Positions 1 through 9,855 are shown, counted from the first letter of the stretch. The stretch is DNA of 32,000 nucleotides from Pyrodictium abyssi (GCF_036323395.1 NZ_AP028907.1:1650001-1682000), one strand, 5' to 3'. Made by a program: numbers and translations. Notes: generated by a model not told the origin, from the sequence alone.

Positions 1-324
1 ACGCGCTGCACACGCATGTACACCATGCACTCCAGCACACCTTCCAACGACTAGTGTATGATGCCCCGGGGATAGGGTGGTAGCAGGTCATGAGGTGGCC
101 GCTTGACGAGCTCAGTATGAAGATACTCCTACACCTATTACACGTTACATGCGTGAAAGCAATGCGACAAACTAGTATGTAAGATTAAACATTACATAAA
201 ACATACCATAAGATTAAAATACTATGGATAGTTTTTACAGGCCTACGTTTCGGGCCAGGGACTATTATTCCGGAAACTGTTTACTTGATGTATCTAGGGC
301 TGAATATTGTTTCCCTATACCTCA

Positions 325-1102
325 CTAGTGGAGCATAGCGTGAATATTTGTGGCGATCATGTACACAGCTACGAGTACGAGTAGTGTGGAGAACGCGGCC
401 CTCAGCGTCTTGGCCGGGACCCTTGTGGCTAGACTAGAGCCAACGACGCCTCCGATAGACCCGCCCAGGGTGAAGAGGGCTGTCACAAGCGGGTCTAGCG
501 GCCTCCCCTGCGCGTAGTAGCTCACTAGCCCGGCGACACCGTTAACGAATATTATGGAGAGGGATGTTCCTATTGCCTCGCGCATCTCCAGGCCTGCACC
601 ACACACGAGAGCCGGGACTATTAGGAACCCGCCACCAGCGCCAAAGAAGCCCGAGGCTACTCCAGTAATGAACCCAAGCAAGAGTATGCGGCCATAGTCT
701 ATGCGCCTTCCTCGGCATGGCGCCCTGGAGCCGTATTGGCTCCGGGCTTGCTTCTTAGCAGCATTCTAGCCGCTATAGCTATCATGAGGAGGGCGAAGAG
801 GAGCAAGAGTAGGGAGCCCTTGACGTAGCTATTGAGGTAGCTGCCTGGGTAGACGCCGATAAGCGAGGCGGCCGCCATTACGAGCCCTATCCTGTAGACA
901 ACGTAGCCCTGGCGCATATACCGTACCGAGCTTATGAGGGAGACAGCGCCGACGGCCACAAGGGAGGCGCCGACAGCGTGATGCGGGCTCAGCCCGACAA
1001 TGTAGACGAGTAGTGGGACGCCGAGCGCCGAGCCGCCCCTCCTGTCAGCCCGAGCGAAAACCCTGCTACAAGCCCCGCCAGGAGAGCAAGGATGGTGTTC
1101 AA
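325..1102 (-). pseudogene. TauE/SafE family sulfite exporter-like permease, broken by two apparent frameshifts
   Basis: The ORFs at 699..959 and 325..681 are in different frames but join into one two-repeat TauE-like protein (GLTGG..GGSALGVPLLVYIVGLSPHHAVGASL and GFITGVASGFFGAGGGFLIVPALV...AIGTSLSIIFVNGVAG). A third N-terminal segment reads from about 1102 (TTG) to a G/C run at about 1036. Confidence 0.75.
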
Positions 1103-1249
1103 GCCCGTTTGTCCGCCTCCATGGCGGCCTAGCCTGCCGCCTCCCCGATAAACGCTCCCCGGCCGCTATGTTGGTGTCGCGTCATGCCCCGGAGGAGGGT
1201 CCGCAGCGCGGGCGGTACACCGTCGGGGCACGGCTCCCCGGCTGAACGG

Positions 1250-1762
1250 CTACCTGGAGTACGTCCCGGTCAACATAGCGTAGCCTATGACATGCCCCTT
1301 CATGCGCTCGAGGACCTCGTCCGCCCGGGCTCCCGGCTCCAGGCCGAGGGTCTCCACGTCGAGCGCGTGGAGCGCGAACACGTAGCGGTGTGGGCGGTCG
1401 CCGCGCGGCGGACAGGGGCCCCCGTAGCCGTACTTGCCGAAGTCGTTGAGGCCTTGGAGCCCGAGGCCCTCGACAACAGGGTCCCCGGGGACGCCCTCGG
1501 GGAGCGCGGCCAAGTCGCGGGGGATGTCGTATATGACCCAGTGGACGAAAGTGCCCCGCGGCGCATCCGGGTCATAGACGATGAGAGCGTAGCTTGCGGT
1601 GGAGGCGGGGGCTCCGCTCCACTCGAGGGCTGGTGATACGTCCTCGCCGTCGCAGGTATGGCGCTGCGGTATCCTTTCGCCGTCGTTGAACGCGGGCGAG
1701 ACTAGGGTGAACTGGGAGCCACTCCTCACGAGGTAGTCCCGGTGGCGGCGAAAGAGGATCAT
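1250..1762 (-). CDS. YbhB/YbcL family Raf kinase inhibitor-like (PEBP) protein
   Basis: 170 aa ORF with PEBP motifs (DGERIPQRHTCDGEDVSPALEWSGAP, SYALIVYDPDAPRGTFVHWVIYDIP, GKYGYGGPCPPRGDRPHRYVFALHALD). Confidence 0.93.
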   Translation of the reverse strand: MILFRRHRDYLVRSGSQFTLVSPAFNDGERIPQRHTCDGEDVSPALEWSGAPASTASYALIVYDPDAPRGTFVHWVIYDIPRDLAALPEGVPGDPVVEGLGLQGLNDFGKYGYGGPCPPRGDRPHRYVFALHALDVETLGLEPGARADEVLERMKGHVIGYAMLTGTYSR

Positions 1763-1905
1763 AGAGCAGCTCCTCCCCTGCTAGCAGGGCAAGTGGCCTA
1801 GATAAAGCTCTATCGTGTAGAACCGGTATGCCGAGGCGGTGTATATCGCGCGGCTCCTAGCCCCGTTGGCCCGCCAGCGGCCCCGGCGGAGGGGCCTAGG
1901 GGCGC

Positions 1906-2385
1906 TTACATGATGTAGCCGGTTTCGGCTAGGCTTGCGGCGTCCTTCTCCTCCTGGGCCTCGAGGGTGAAGGCTGCCTGTCCACCGATGTAGAACCGGG
2001 CGTAGATGCGCGGCGGCTCGTTGCCTGTAAGCTCCTCTAGTACACCGCAGCGGTTGAGCCCCCGGAGCCCCAGCTCCACGACGAAGCCCTCGCCCTGGTA
2101 CCAGCCGAGCACAAGGTCGGTCCTGCCGCGGGCGGCGGGTGCTGGGAGCTTCTCGAACCCCCTGTACAGCATCTCCCGGTCCGCCTCCTTCTCTAGCCGG
2201 TCCACGAACTCTAGGAACTCGTGGCTGCAGGTGTTTAGCCCGGCGAGCCTAGCGTACTCGTGGCCTATCATCCACTGTAGCCTCTTGAGTACGTGCTGTA
2301 CGGCCGCTACGGGGCCGGTAGAGGCTCCGGCCTCCGGGCTGGCTGCCTGCTCCTGCGCCCCTTGTGGCTGTACTAGTGGTGGCAT
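1906..2385 (-). CDS. hypothetical protein
   Basis: 159 aa ORF with archaeal composition; no family recognised. N-terminal boundary uncertain. Confidence 0.5.
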   Translation of the reverse strand: MPPLVQPQGAQEQAASPEAGASTGPVAAVQHVLKRLQWMIGHEYARLAGLNTCSHEFLEFVDRLEKEADREMLYRGFEKLPAPAARGRTDLVLGWYQGEGFVVELGLRGLNRCGVLEELTGNEPPRIYARFYIGGQAAFTLEAQEEKDAASLAETGYIM

Positions 2386-2481
2386 AGCTATCCAGACCCC
2401 AGGTGTCTCAGCTATAGGGTTGAGCTGGCATCCAATAAACCGTTCCCCGGCGGGCCCCGGGCCCGGGAGGGGTGCCCGGGC

Positions 2482-3012
2482 CTACTGTCTGTGCTCACCG
2501 TGACCGCCGGCGCCGTGCCCGTGGTGCTTATGGTGCTCGTGGCGGTGGCCGCGGAGCTGGTGGAGCGCGTGATCCACTACCCCCAGTAGCAGCTCCGCCA
2601 TGAGGCGCGCCGCCCCGGGGTTCCCGGGGCTCACTGCTAGCAGCCGGTCGCGGAAGCTACAGGCGAGCGCGCGGCTAAGCACAGCGTTGGCGACTCCCTG
2701 CTCTAGGCTGCGTCGGCGGAACTCCTCCCCCACGCCGGGCAGTATGCGGTCACAAATCCTCGAGACAAGGTCGGCCGAGATGTCGTGGGGGTTCGGCCCA
2801 GTGCCACCGGTGACCAGCACAACCTCTGCGCCTCTGTGCAGCGCTGCCGCGACGTGGTAGAGTATCTCGACCGGGTCGTTCCCCGCGATAGCGGCGTATA
2901 CCAGCTCGTGGCCGTGCTCCTCGAGGAGCCTCCTCAGCATCGGGGTCGTCTCGTCCTGATCCGGGTTCTCCTTGACCCGATCGCTCGTGACAACTAGACC
3001 CCAGCGAGCCAA
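2482..3012 (-). CDS. MoaB/MogA family molybdenum cofactor biosynthesis protein with His-rich C-terminal tail
   Basis: Contains LVTGGTGPNPHDISADLVSRI and SPGNPGAARLMAE typical of MogA/MoaB; tail is RGHRHEHHKHHGHGAGGHGEHRQ. Confidence 0.85.
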   Translation of the reverse strand: MARWGLVVTSDRVKENPDQDETTPMLRRLLEEHGHELVYAAIAGNDPVEILYHVAAALHRGAEVVLVTGGTGPNPHDISADLVSRICDRILPGVGEEFRRRSLEQGVANAVLSRALACSFRDRLLAVSPGNPGAARLMAELLLGVVDHALHQLRGHRHEHHKHHGHGAGGHGEHRQ

Positions 3013-3153
3013 GCCCCGGGAGACACCTCCACCGTGGCTGGCCCCTGTGGGAGGAAAAGGATGCCCCGCCGCAGAGGGCAGCGCAGCCCCGGCGCCGAGG
3101 ACCGGTTAATAACCCGGGGTGCCCCTAGGCGCCCTGGACACAAGTGCATAGCC

Positions 3154-4500
3154 TTGGGCGGGGAGCCGCTCCTACTACGATGCCACCTGCTACTCCCCTG
3201 CGCCGGGTGCAGCCCCCTCCGCGACACGGCCGTCTACGCCGAGGACGGCAGGATAGCGTACGTCGGCGGCAGTCCCCCCAGCGGGGCCAAGTCCGGCCTA
3301 GTCATCGACTGCCCACGCCACAGCGTCGCACTGCCCTGCTTCTACAACGCGCACACCCACGCCGCCATGACGCTGCTCCGTGGCTTCCACGATGACAGCG
3401 AGCTACACGAGTGGCTCGCAAGGATGTGGTTTGTCGAGAAGAGGCTCACGCCCAGCGTGATCTACCACGCATCGAGGCTAGCCCTTGTCGAGATGGTCTC
3501 GACCGGGACCTGCGGCTTCATAGACATGTACTTCGAGCCCGGGGCCACGGCCAGGGCTGCCCGGGAGCTCGGCGTACGCGCGCGGCTAGGCCCAGTGATA
3601 ATGGGCGACGTGGACCCCCACCAGGCGGTGGAGGAGGCCCGGCGGTTCGCCCGGAGCCTAGAAGGCGACCCCCTCCTCGGGGGCGTGATCAACGTCCACA
3701 GCGTCTACGCGGCGCCCCTCGAAGCCGTCGCGGAGGGCTACCGGGCCGCAGAGGAGCTGGGGGTGCCATTCCACATACACGTCTCCGAGACCAGGAGAGA
3801 GGTCTACGAGGCCCGGAAGAAGCACAGAAAGTTCCCCGTCGAGCTCCTGGAGAGCCTGGGCGCCCTCGGGCCCCGCTCGGTGCTAGTCCACGCCGGGTGG
3901 ATAGCGAGCTGGGAGCTCGACGCAGTCCGCCGGGCCCGGGCCACCCTAGTACACTGCCCCACTAGTAACATGAAGCTAGCCACAGCCGGCCACTTCCCCC
4001 TATACGAGGCGATGGAGAAGGGGGTGAACGTCGCCCTCGGCACCGACGGCCCAGCCTCGAACAACAGCCTGGACATGCTGAGGGAGGCCAAGACGGGGCT
4101 ACTACTGCAGAGGCACAGCTACTGGGACACCCGGGTCAAGGCAAGACACCTCCTAGAAGCAGCGACCCGGGGAGGAGCACGCGCCATGGGCCTAGACCGG
4201 GCCGGAGCCATAGAGCCCGGAGCCCCTGCTGACATGGCTGTGCTGGACCTCTCTAGGCCCTGGAGCCTCCCCCTCCGCCCAGACAACCTCGCCTCAGCCA
4301 TACTATACGCCGCGACCGGGAGCGACACCATCTACACCATAGTAGCCGGCAACCCGGTCTACACGCCCGAGAACCGGGACAGGCTCTGGAGCCTCGCAGA
4401 ACAGAGCGCACAGGAGCTAAACAGGTTCCTAGAAGACATAGGCCCGGGGAGGGACCCCACACCGCCATGCAGCCCACGAAACGCGTGCAAACAGGGCTAG
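3154..4500 (+). CDS. Amidohydrolase / cytosine deaminase-like (SAH/MTA deaminase-type) family protein
   Basis: Metal-binding motif NAHTHAAMTLLRG, plus FHIHVSETRREVY, VLVHAGWI, HCPTSNMKLA and LGTDGPASNNSLDMLREAK. Probable TTG start at 3154; the open frame extends upstream to 3034. Confidence 0.85.
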   Translation: MGGEPLLLRCHLLLPCAGCSPLRDTAVYAEDGRIAYVGGSPPSGAKSGLVIDCPRHSVALPCFYNAHTHAAMTLLRGFHDDSELHEWLARMWFVEKRLTPSVIYHASRLALVEMVSTGTCGFIDMYFEPGATARAARELGVRARLGPVIMGDVDPHQAVEEARRFARSLEGDPLLGGVINVHSVYAAPLEAVAEGYRAAEELGVPFHIHVSETRREVYEARKKHRKFPVELLESLGALGPRSVLVHAGWIASWELDAVRRARATLVHCPTSNMKLATAGHFPLYEAMEKGVNVALGTDGPASNNSLDMLREAKTGLLLQRHSYWDTRVKARHLLEAATRGGARAMGLDRAGAIEPGAPADMAVLDLSRPWSLPLRPDNLASAILYAATGSDTIYTIVAGNPVYTPENRDRLWSLAEQSAQELNRFLEDIGPGRDPTPPCSPRNACKQG

Positions 4501-4625
4501 ACAGGAGGTATGGAGCGCTGCGTCGGCAGTAGCCCCAGCCCGTAGGACATAATTCACGATGCATAGTATATATCAAACGATACTCGGTAGCGTTCTCCCT
4601 GCTCTAGGCCTGGGGGCCGGGGCTA

Positions 4626-5622
4626 GTGGAGGGGATAACAGTCCAGGGTCTTACGAAGAGGTATGGGGAGGTCGTTGCACTCGACTCGGTGAGCTTCTCC
4701 ATAGATGGGGGCAGCATCCTAGGGATAATCGGCCCCAATGGGGCCGGTAAGACAACGCTTATCAGGATACTCAGCTGCCTACTCCGGCCCGACAGCGGCT
4801 ACGCAGCGATACATGGCCACCGGATCCCGCCGTGCAGTGATAGCGTGAGGAGGCTCTTCGCGCTTCTACCCCAGGAGGTAAGAGCCCACTTCTACACGCT
4901 GACGCCCCTCGATTACATATACCACTATCTCCGCATGAGGGGCTACCCGAGAGAGGAGGCAAGAGCCCGGGCCAGGGGAGGCGGTCGAGGAGTTCGGGAT
5001 ACAGTACCATGATAGGATGGTGTCGATGCTCTCCGGCGGCATGGTAAGGAAGATGCTCCTCGCCATGGTGCTCTCGGCTGATGTCCCTGTCTACTACCTT
5101 GACGAGCCGACCGTGGGCCTGGATGTCGAGAACAGGCTGAAGCTCTGGGACATACTAAGGAGGAGGGCCAAAGCAGGCTCCACCATACTGGTGACGAGCC
5201 ACTATCTGAACGAGATATCCAGTATCTGCGACAAGGTACTCCTAATCAAGGATGGCCGGGTCGCCGCGTTCGGGGAGCCTGAGGAGCTTGGGCGGCGCTA
5301 TCTCTCCGGCTTCTACTCGAAGATAGTAGTGATGGGCGAGTACTCGAGCCGCGAGCACACGGTGAGGAGGGTGGGCAAGAACACTATCGTCTACACGAGG
5401 TCGAGGACAGAGGAGAGGGAGGTGATCGATGAGCTAGAGGATGCAGGGCTACCGTTCCGAGTAGAAGAGCTCACCATAGAGGACATTTTCCTGGCGGTGT
5501 CCTCCGGTGACGCTCCTGGCTATGATAGAGTACTACCGGAACGCCCTTATGAAGAGCCGTCTCTCCGCAGTGAACTTCGCTATACACCCGCTCTCGTTCG
5601 TATTCATAGTGTACATGGTTAG
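4626..5622 (+). pseudogene. ABC transporter ATP-binding protein with an apparent frameshift
   Basis: 4626..5012 carries Walker A (GPNGAGKTT) and Q-loop. 5017..5622 carries signature LSGGMVRK and Walker B VYYLDEPTVGLD. Removing one G from GGGG at 4975-4978 restores ...REEARARAREAVEEFGIQYHDRMVSMLSGG... May be a sequencing error in an intact gene. Confidence 0.85.
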
Positions 5623-6205
5623 CGGGGGAAAGCTCCTCTCTACTGCGCTCGCTGGCGCAATGTGCAGCTTCATAGCCGGGGTCGGGCTGGCCGACCTCCC
5701 AATAGAGCTTGTCGGGATGAAGACGCGGTCCCGGTTCTACGACATATTCATGTCGCTGCCCGGGAGCATGACCAAGAAGATGCTCGGAATAACCCTGGGC
5801 ATGAGTCTGCCCGCAGCACCCTACCTAGTCCTTCTCGCAGCGCTACTAGTGCTACAGAACGGTGCCAGCCACCTCCCATACATAGTACTGGGCACGGTGA
5901 GCCTATGGGCCTGGGCATCAACGCTCGGGATGTATATCGGCGTCAAGAGCAAGGAGCCCCTAACAGTCATGAGGCTCGGTAACATACTGCTAGTAGCAAC
6001 AACAGTGTTCCCTCCCGTCTACTACCCGGTAACACTACTACCCGAGGGCATCCGGGCACTAGCATTCTTTCTCCCAACAGTGGCCGCGTCACACCTCATA
6101 GCAGGCGGGCCAGCCATGTACGCATCCGTAGCCACCGCGTCGCTGCTCGCGTGGCTAGCAGTATGCGTCCTTATACTCACGTCTATAGAGTTCGTGGAGG
6201 AGTAG
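5507..6205 (+). CDS. ABC-2 type transporter permease
   Basis: 232 aa hydrophobic protein directly after an ABC ATPase; contains LPGSMTKKMLGITLG and FPPVYYPVTLLPEGIRALAFFLPTVAASHL typical of ABC-2 permeases. Confidence 0.85.
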   Translation: MTLLAMIEYYRNALMKSRLSAVNFAIHPLSFVFIVYMVSGGKLLSTALAGAMCSFIAGVGLADLPIELVGMKTRSRFYDIFMSLPGSMTKKMLGITLGMSLPAAPYLVLLAALLVLQNGASHLPYIVLGTVSLWAWASTLGMYIGVKSKEPLTVMRLGNILLVATTVFPPVYYPVTLLPEGIRALAFFLPTVAASHLIAGGPAMYASVATASLLAWLAVCVLILTSIEFVEE

Positions 6206-6275
6206 AGCACAACACTAATGGTACCTGGAGTTTACATCGCGCTGAGCGTCTGCGAGGCTCATCCGCTCGGCAGGT

Positions 6276-6719
6276 CTAGGGCACTACTTTCAACCAGGAT
6301 ACCCTCTTGAAGTCCTCGTCGAATGTCGCGATTACGTCTATCCTATGATGCCTACAGGTTAGGGCTATCATAGCGTCTGCTGGCAGGAGTCGATAACTCC
6401 TAGCCGTTTCCAGGACTAGCCTTGGGTCCGTTACATCTGGTAGCACTGCTATTTCTAGCTGTTCGAGGGCAGTGATAACCTTATCTATTATCTCGCTTGG
6501 ATATCCTCTTGTCTTTACGTACCTCCTCAGCGTATAGCCTCTCTTGCCTGTTACCTTCGCAAGGACGATGTATATTAACTCGTTGAGGACTGTAGTTGTG
6601 ATCGCGAAATCCTCATGGGCGTAGCTTTTAAGGATGTTCTTGGCTTTCTCCGTGAGTTCGGTCTTGAGCATGTAGTTGTAGAGAATGTTCGTGTCAAGGC
6701 ATATTACTAGTCCATACAT
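6276..6719 (-). CDS. PIN domain protein (VapC-like toxin)
   Basis: LDTNILYNYML near the N-terminus, internal E (TTTVLNELIYI), and C-terminal LLPADAMIALTCRHHRIDVIATFDEDF. Confidence 0.85.
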   Translation of the reverse strand: MYGLVICLDTNILYNYMLKTELTEKAKNILKSYAHEDFAITTTVLNELIYIVLAKVTGKRGYTLRRYVKTRGYPSEIIDKVITALEQLEIAVLPDVTDPRLVLETARSYRLLPADAMIALTCRHHRIDVIATFDEDFKRVSWLKVVP

Positions 6720-6966
6720 CCTCCTCGAGTTCTCTCAGTTCTGCTACAGAGGCTTCGCTAAGTATCCCGGCCAGCTCCTCTATTTTCCTCCTCCTTTCCT
6801 CGGCTTCTCTAGGACTCCTCCTGGCCCTTTCTAGCACAACTCGGCTGCCCTCCCTCCTTACCACCAGCCTCTCGCCGGGTTCTAGCCCCAGCTCCTGGGC
6901 TGCCTCCTCGCTCAGGATAATGGTGCGTTTGTCCTTTACGATAGCCTCCACAGCCCGGCACCACAT
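6694..6966 (-). CDS. AbrB/MazE (SpoVT-AbrB) family antitoxin
   Basis: VKDKRTIILSEEAAQELGLEPGERLVVRREGSRVVLERA is a swapped-hairpin AbrB-type N-terminus; it overlaps the PIN gene start. ATG at 6966. Confidence 0.75.
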   Translation of the reverse strand: MWCRAVEAIVKDKRTIILSEEAAQELGLEPGERLVVRREGSRVVLERARRSPREAEERRRKIEELAGILSEASVAELRELEEDVWTSNMP

Positions 6967-7131
6967 AATGGGTCTCCGTCTCTCCCCGGGTTTAACCCTG
7001 CCCTGACTGCTTCCTGGGGCTCCCATAGTGTAGCTCGATCCTGGAGCGTTAGGGCGTTCCTTGGGGCCCGCTTGCTACCGGGACATAGCTTATGCCATCT
7101 TCGGCGGTAGTATGGCGGCCCCCGGTCTCTC

Positions 7132-7776
7132 CTATTGCTGTGTCTTGTATAGGTGTTTTAGGAGCTGGTGTGAGGCCTGGGCCGCCACCGTAGCCTTGAG
7201 GATGTCCCAGGGTATGAAGACTAGTACGCCGCTCCATAGCGCGGCCCGCAGCGCCTCCGCGGCTGCTAGTCCCTTGACGGTTGCCAGCCACGCTGCTAGC
7301 CATAGGGCTCCTGGGAGGTAGACTAGTGGCAGTACTAGGAGGGCGCCTCGTAGGAGGCCCCGGCGGGTGGCGGGGCGCGATAGCCTGCCGGCCACTGTTG
7401 CTGCTAGGAGGAAGCCTAGGAGGTAGCCGAAGCTGGGTGAGGCGATGTAGCCGGGGCCGCCGCCCATGGCGAATACCGGTGCCCCTAGGAGGCCCGCGGC
7501 GATGTAGGCTGCTACGGTCCTCCATGCCCGTGGGCCGAGGAGCGTTATGACCAGTGTTAGTGCCAGGGTCTGTAGGGTGAACGGCACGGGGACGCCGGGC
7601 AGTGTGAAGGATGCGCGGGCCGAAGCAGTCAGAAGCCCGACACCCGCCGCGGTCTCTGCGAGGGATAGTAGGAGGGCCCGGCCGGGCCGAAGCGTGAGGC
7701 CCTCTACGCGTACTAGGCCGTCCTCGAGTCGGCCTCCCGACACCGCCGCTGCTGCCCTGGCTAGCATGCTCGCCAC
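7132..7776 (-). CDS. BioY family transporter (biotin ECF S component)
   Basis: GVPVPFTLQTLALTLVITLLGPRAWRTVAAYIAAGLLGAPVFAMGGGPGYIASPSFGYLLGFLLAATVAG and C-terminal VFIPWDILKATVAA. Confidence 0.85.
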   Translation of the reverse strand: MASMLARAAAAVSGGRLEDGLVRVEGLTLRPGRALLLSLAETAAGVGLLTASARASFTLPGVPVPFTLQTLALTLVITLLGPRAWRTVAAYIAAGLLGAPVFAMGGGPGYIASPSFGYLLGFLLAATVAGRLSRPATRRGLLRGALLVLPLVYLPGALWLAAWLATVKGLAAAEALRAALWSGVLVFIPWDILKATVAAQASHQLLKHLYKTQQ

Positions 7777-7850
7777 TGCCCCGGCACCCCCTGGGCGCCC
7801 GGGGCTCTCCTGCTGCCTGGGCGTTAGGTTAAGTAGCCCTCCCGTGCCTC

Positions 7851-8861
7851 ATGTCTAATAGGGATGTGCTCGTCTTGGCTGAGGAGCCTAGAGAGGACCG
7901 GAGCGAGGTTCTCGGCCTCTACCGGCTAGGAGCCACCGAGTCCGCGGAGGAGACGCTCCAGAGGTTCAGCCGCCTGGTCTCCGAGGCGCGGGACGTCTGG
8001 GGGCTACTGGAGGCCCTCGACTTCCTGGAGGCGCGTATCGCGGCTCGGCCCTTCTCGGCGCCACTGGTGAACACAGCGCGGGAGCTGCTGGGGATGATAG
8101 CTGCGGGGGAGTACAGTGGGCTGGCCGAGGTCCAGGAGAGGGTAAGGAGCTACGTAGGCGAGGTGCTGGCCCGTGTCGTGGAGGAGACGGAGGCGGCTGC
8201 CGAGATAGCTGCCCGGAGGCTGGAGGACGGCGACGTTGTGCTTACGCAGAGCTATAGCCGGAGCGTGGTCCGGGCCCTGGAGAAGGCCGTGGCGATGGGG
8301 AAGAGGATACACGTGATAGTCGCCGAGTCCCGGCCCCTCCTCGACGGCGTCGAGACGGCGAAGACGCTGGCCCGGATGGGGCTGGACGTGACCATGATAG
8401 TGGACTCCGCCATGAGGTTCATGGCCCGGGACGCGACCAAGGCCCTGATAGGTGCTGACGCCGTCACCGCGGACGGCACCGTCATAGCGCGCACTGGGGC
8501 CGGGCTGCTCGCCCTGGCCGCGAGCGAGGCCCGTGTACGCCTCATAGTGGTTGCGGGGACCTACAAGCTGTACCCAGAGACCGTCTACGGCATGACCATC
8601 GAGACGCCGGCCCTCGGCGAGGAGATAGTGCCCGAGGAGCACCGTGGGCTAGGAGTCGAGGGCTACGCGCCCCTCTTCGAGCCCGTGCCGCCGCACCTTA
8701 TCGACGCGCTCGCCACCGAGAGGGGCCTAGTAGCGCCGGAGGCGGTGCCGCTCCTCATAAGGGAGAAGTATGGGGAGTGGCCGCCACGCCTAGAGCCCAT
8801 AAGTGAGCTCTTCGCCCGGGCACGGGAGAAGCTCAAGCAGACCCTACGCAGCCAGGCGTGA
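7851..8861 (+). CDS. eIF2B alpha/beta/delta-like family protein (divergent paralogue)
   Basis: 336 aa with the IF2B family fold pattern (GDVVLTQSYSRSVVRAL, HVIVAESRPLLDGVETAKTL, ALIGADAVTADGTVIARTGAGLLALAA). Confidence 0.85.
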   Translation: MSNRDVLVLAEEPREDRSEVLGLYRLGATESAEETLQRFSRLVSEARDVWGLLEALDFLEARIAARPFSAPLVNTARELLGMIAAGEYSGLAEVQERVRSYVGEVLARVVEETEAAAEIAARRLEDGDVVLTQSYSRSVVRALEKAVAMGKRIHVIVAESRPLLDGVETAKTLARMGLDVTMIVDSAMRFMARDATKALIGADAVTADGTVIARTGAGLLALAASEARVRLIVVAGTYKLYPETVYGMTIETPALGEEIVPEEHRGLGVEGYAPLFEPVPPHLIDALATERGLVAPEAVPLLIREKYGEWPPRLEPISELFARAREKLKQTLRSQA

Positions 8862-8877
8862 AGGAGGCCAGGGGTGC

Positions 8878-9855
8878 ATGGCTGTGGAGGTGCCGGGGGA
8901 GGTCCGGAGGATAGCCGAGGACATCAAGACTATGCGGATACGCGGCGCTGGCCGCATAGCTAGGGCGGCGGCCCGCGCGCTAATGATAGCCGCCCAGGAG
9001 TACAACAGTGGAGGCCTCGACGAGTTCCTCGCCTACATGGAGGACGTTGCCCGGCTACTCGTCTCCACGAGGCCAACCGCCGTAAGCCTGCCCAACGCGG
9101 TCAACTACGTGATGAGGGTGCTCCGCGAGAACCGGTTCCAGAGCCTAGAGGACGCCCGTAGGGCCGTCGTGGAGGCGGCCAGGGGCTTCATAGAGTACTC
9201 CGAGCAGGCGGTGAAGAGGATAGGGGAGATAGGAGCCCGGCTCATAAGGACCGGCGACCGCATACTAACACACTGCAACAGCAGCGCAGTAGAATCCATA
9301 CTGGTCACAGCCTGGCGCAGCGGCAAACGGTTCCACGTCTACGCCACCGAGACGCGGCCACGCTTCCAGGGCTACATCACGGCCCGTAACCTAGCCAAGG
9401 CGGGCATACCCGTAACCCTCGTACCAGACTCAGCAGTGCTACAAGTGATCGAGACCAAGAGGATAACCCGGGTCATAGTAGGCGCCGACACCGTCACCGC
9501 GAACGGCGCGGTGATAAACAAGATAGGCACCAGCCAGATAGCCCTCGCAGCGAGGCTCCACCGCGTATCCTTCATAGTAGCCACTGAGACCTACAAGTTC
9601 AGCCCCTACACGGTCGTCGGCCAGCCCGTAGAGATAGAGGAGAGGCCGCCCGAGGAGGTCCTCGAGAACCCGCCGCCGGGCATAAGGATACGCAACCCCG
9701 CCTTCGACGCCACGCCGCCAGAGTACATCGACATGATAGTGACGGAGAGGGGCATCATACCCCCGAAGTCGGCCGCCCTAGTCCTCTGGGAGATGTTCCG
9801 CCGCAGCCCCGCAGAGGTACACCAGCTAAGAGTAGAAGAAGACTCCACTGGGTAG
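8878..9855 (+). CDS. ribose 1,5-bisphosphate isomerase (e2b2 type)
   Basis: RGAGRIARAAARAL, ILTHCNSSAVESIL, VYATETRPRFQGYITARNL, VIVGADTVTANGAVINKIGTSQIALAA and the C-terminal TPPEYIDMIVTERGIIPPKSAALV. ATG at 8878. Confidence 0.9.
   Translation: MAVEVPGEVRRIAEDIKTMRIRGAGRIARAAARALMIAAQEYNSGGLDEFLAYMEDVARLLVSTRPTAVSLPNAVNYVMRVLRENRFQSLEDARRAVVEAARGFIEYSEQAVKRIGEIGARLIRTGDRILTHCNSSAVESILVTAWRSGKRFHVYATETRPRFQGYITARNLAKAGIPVTLVPDSAVLQVIETKRITRVIVGADTVTANGAVINKIGTSQIALAARLHRVSFIVATETYKFSPYTVVGQPVEIEERPPEEVLENPPPGIRIRNPAFDATPPEYIDMIVTERGIIPPKSAALVLWEMFRRSPAEVHQLRVEEDSTG

Noticed and set aside
1184-1636. Plus-strand 150 aa ORF
   Set aside because: Antisense to the clearly recognisable PEBP-like gene; composition is a shadow of its codon usage.
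3411-3965. 184 aa ORF inside the amidohydrolase gene
   Set aside because: Arg/Gly/Pro-rich overlapping frame within a gene with strong motifs; typical GC-rich shadow ORF.
7049-7525. Minus-strand 158 aa ORF and neighbouring ORFs over BioY
   Set aside because: Low-complexity frames overlapping the BioY gene.
8004-8642. Minus-strand 212 aa ORF opposite the eIF2B-like gene
   Set aside because: Long only because the opposite strand is coding and GC-rich; no recognisable fold.
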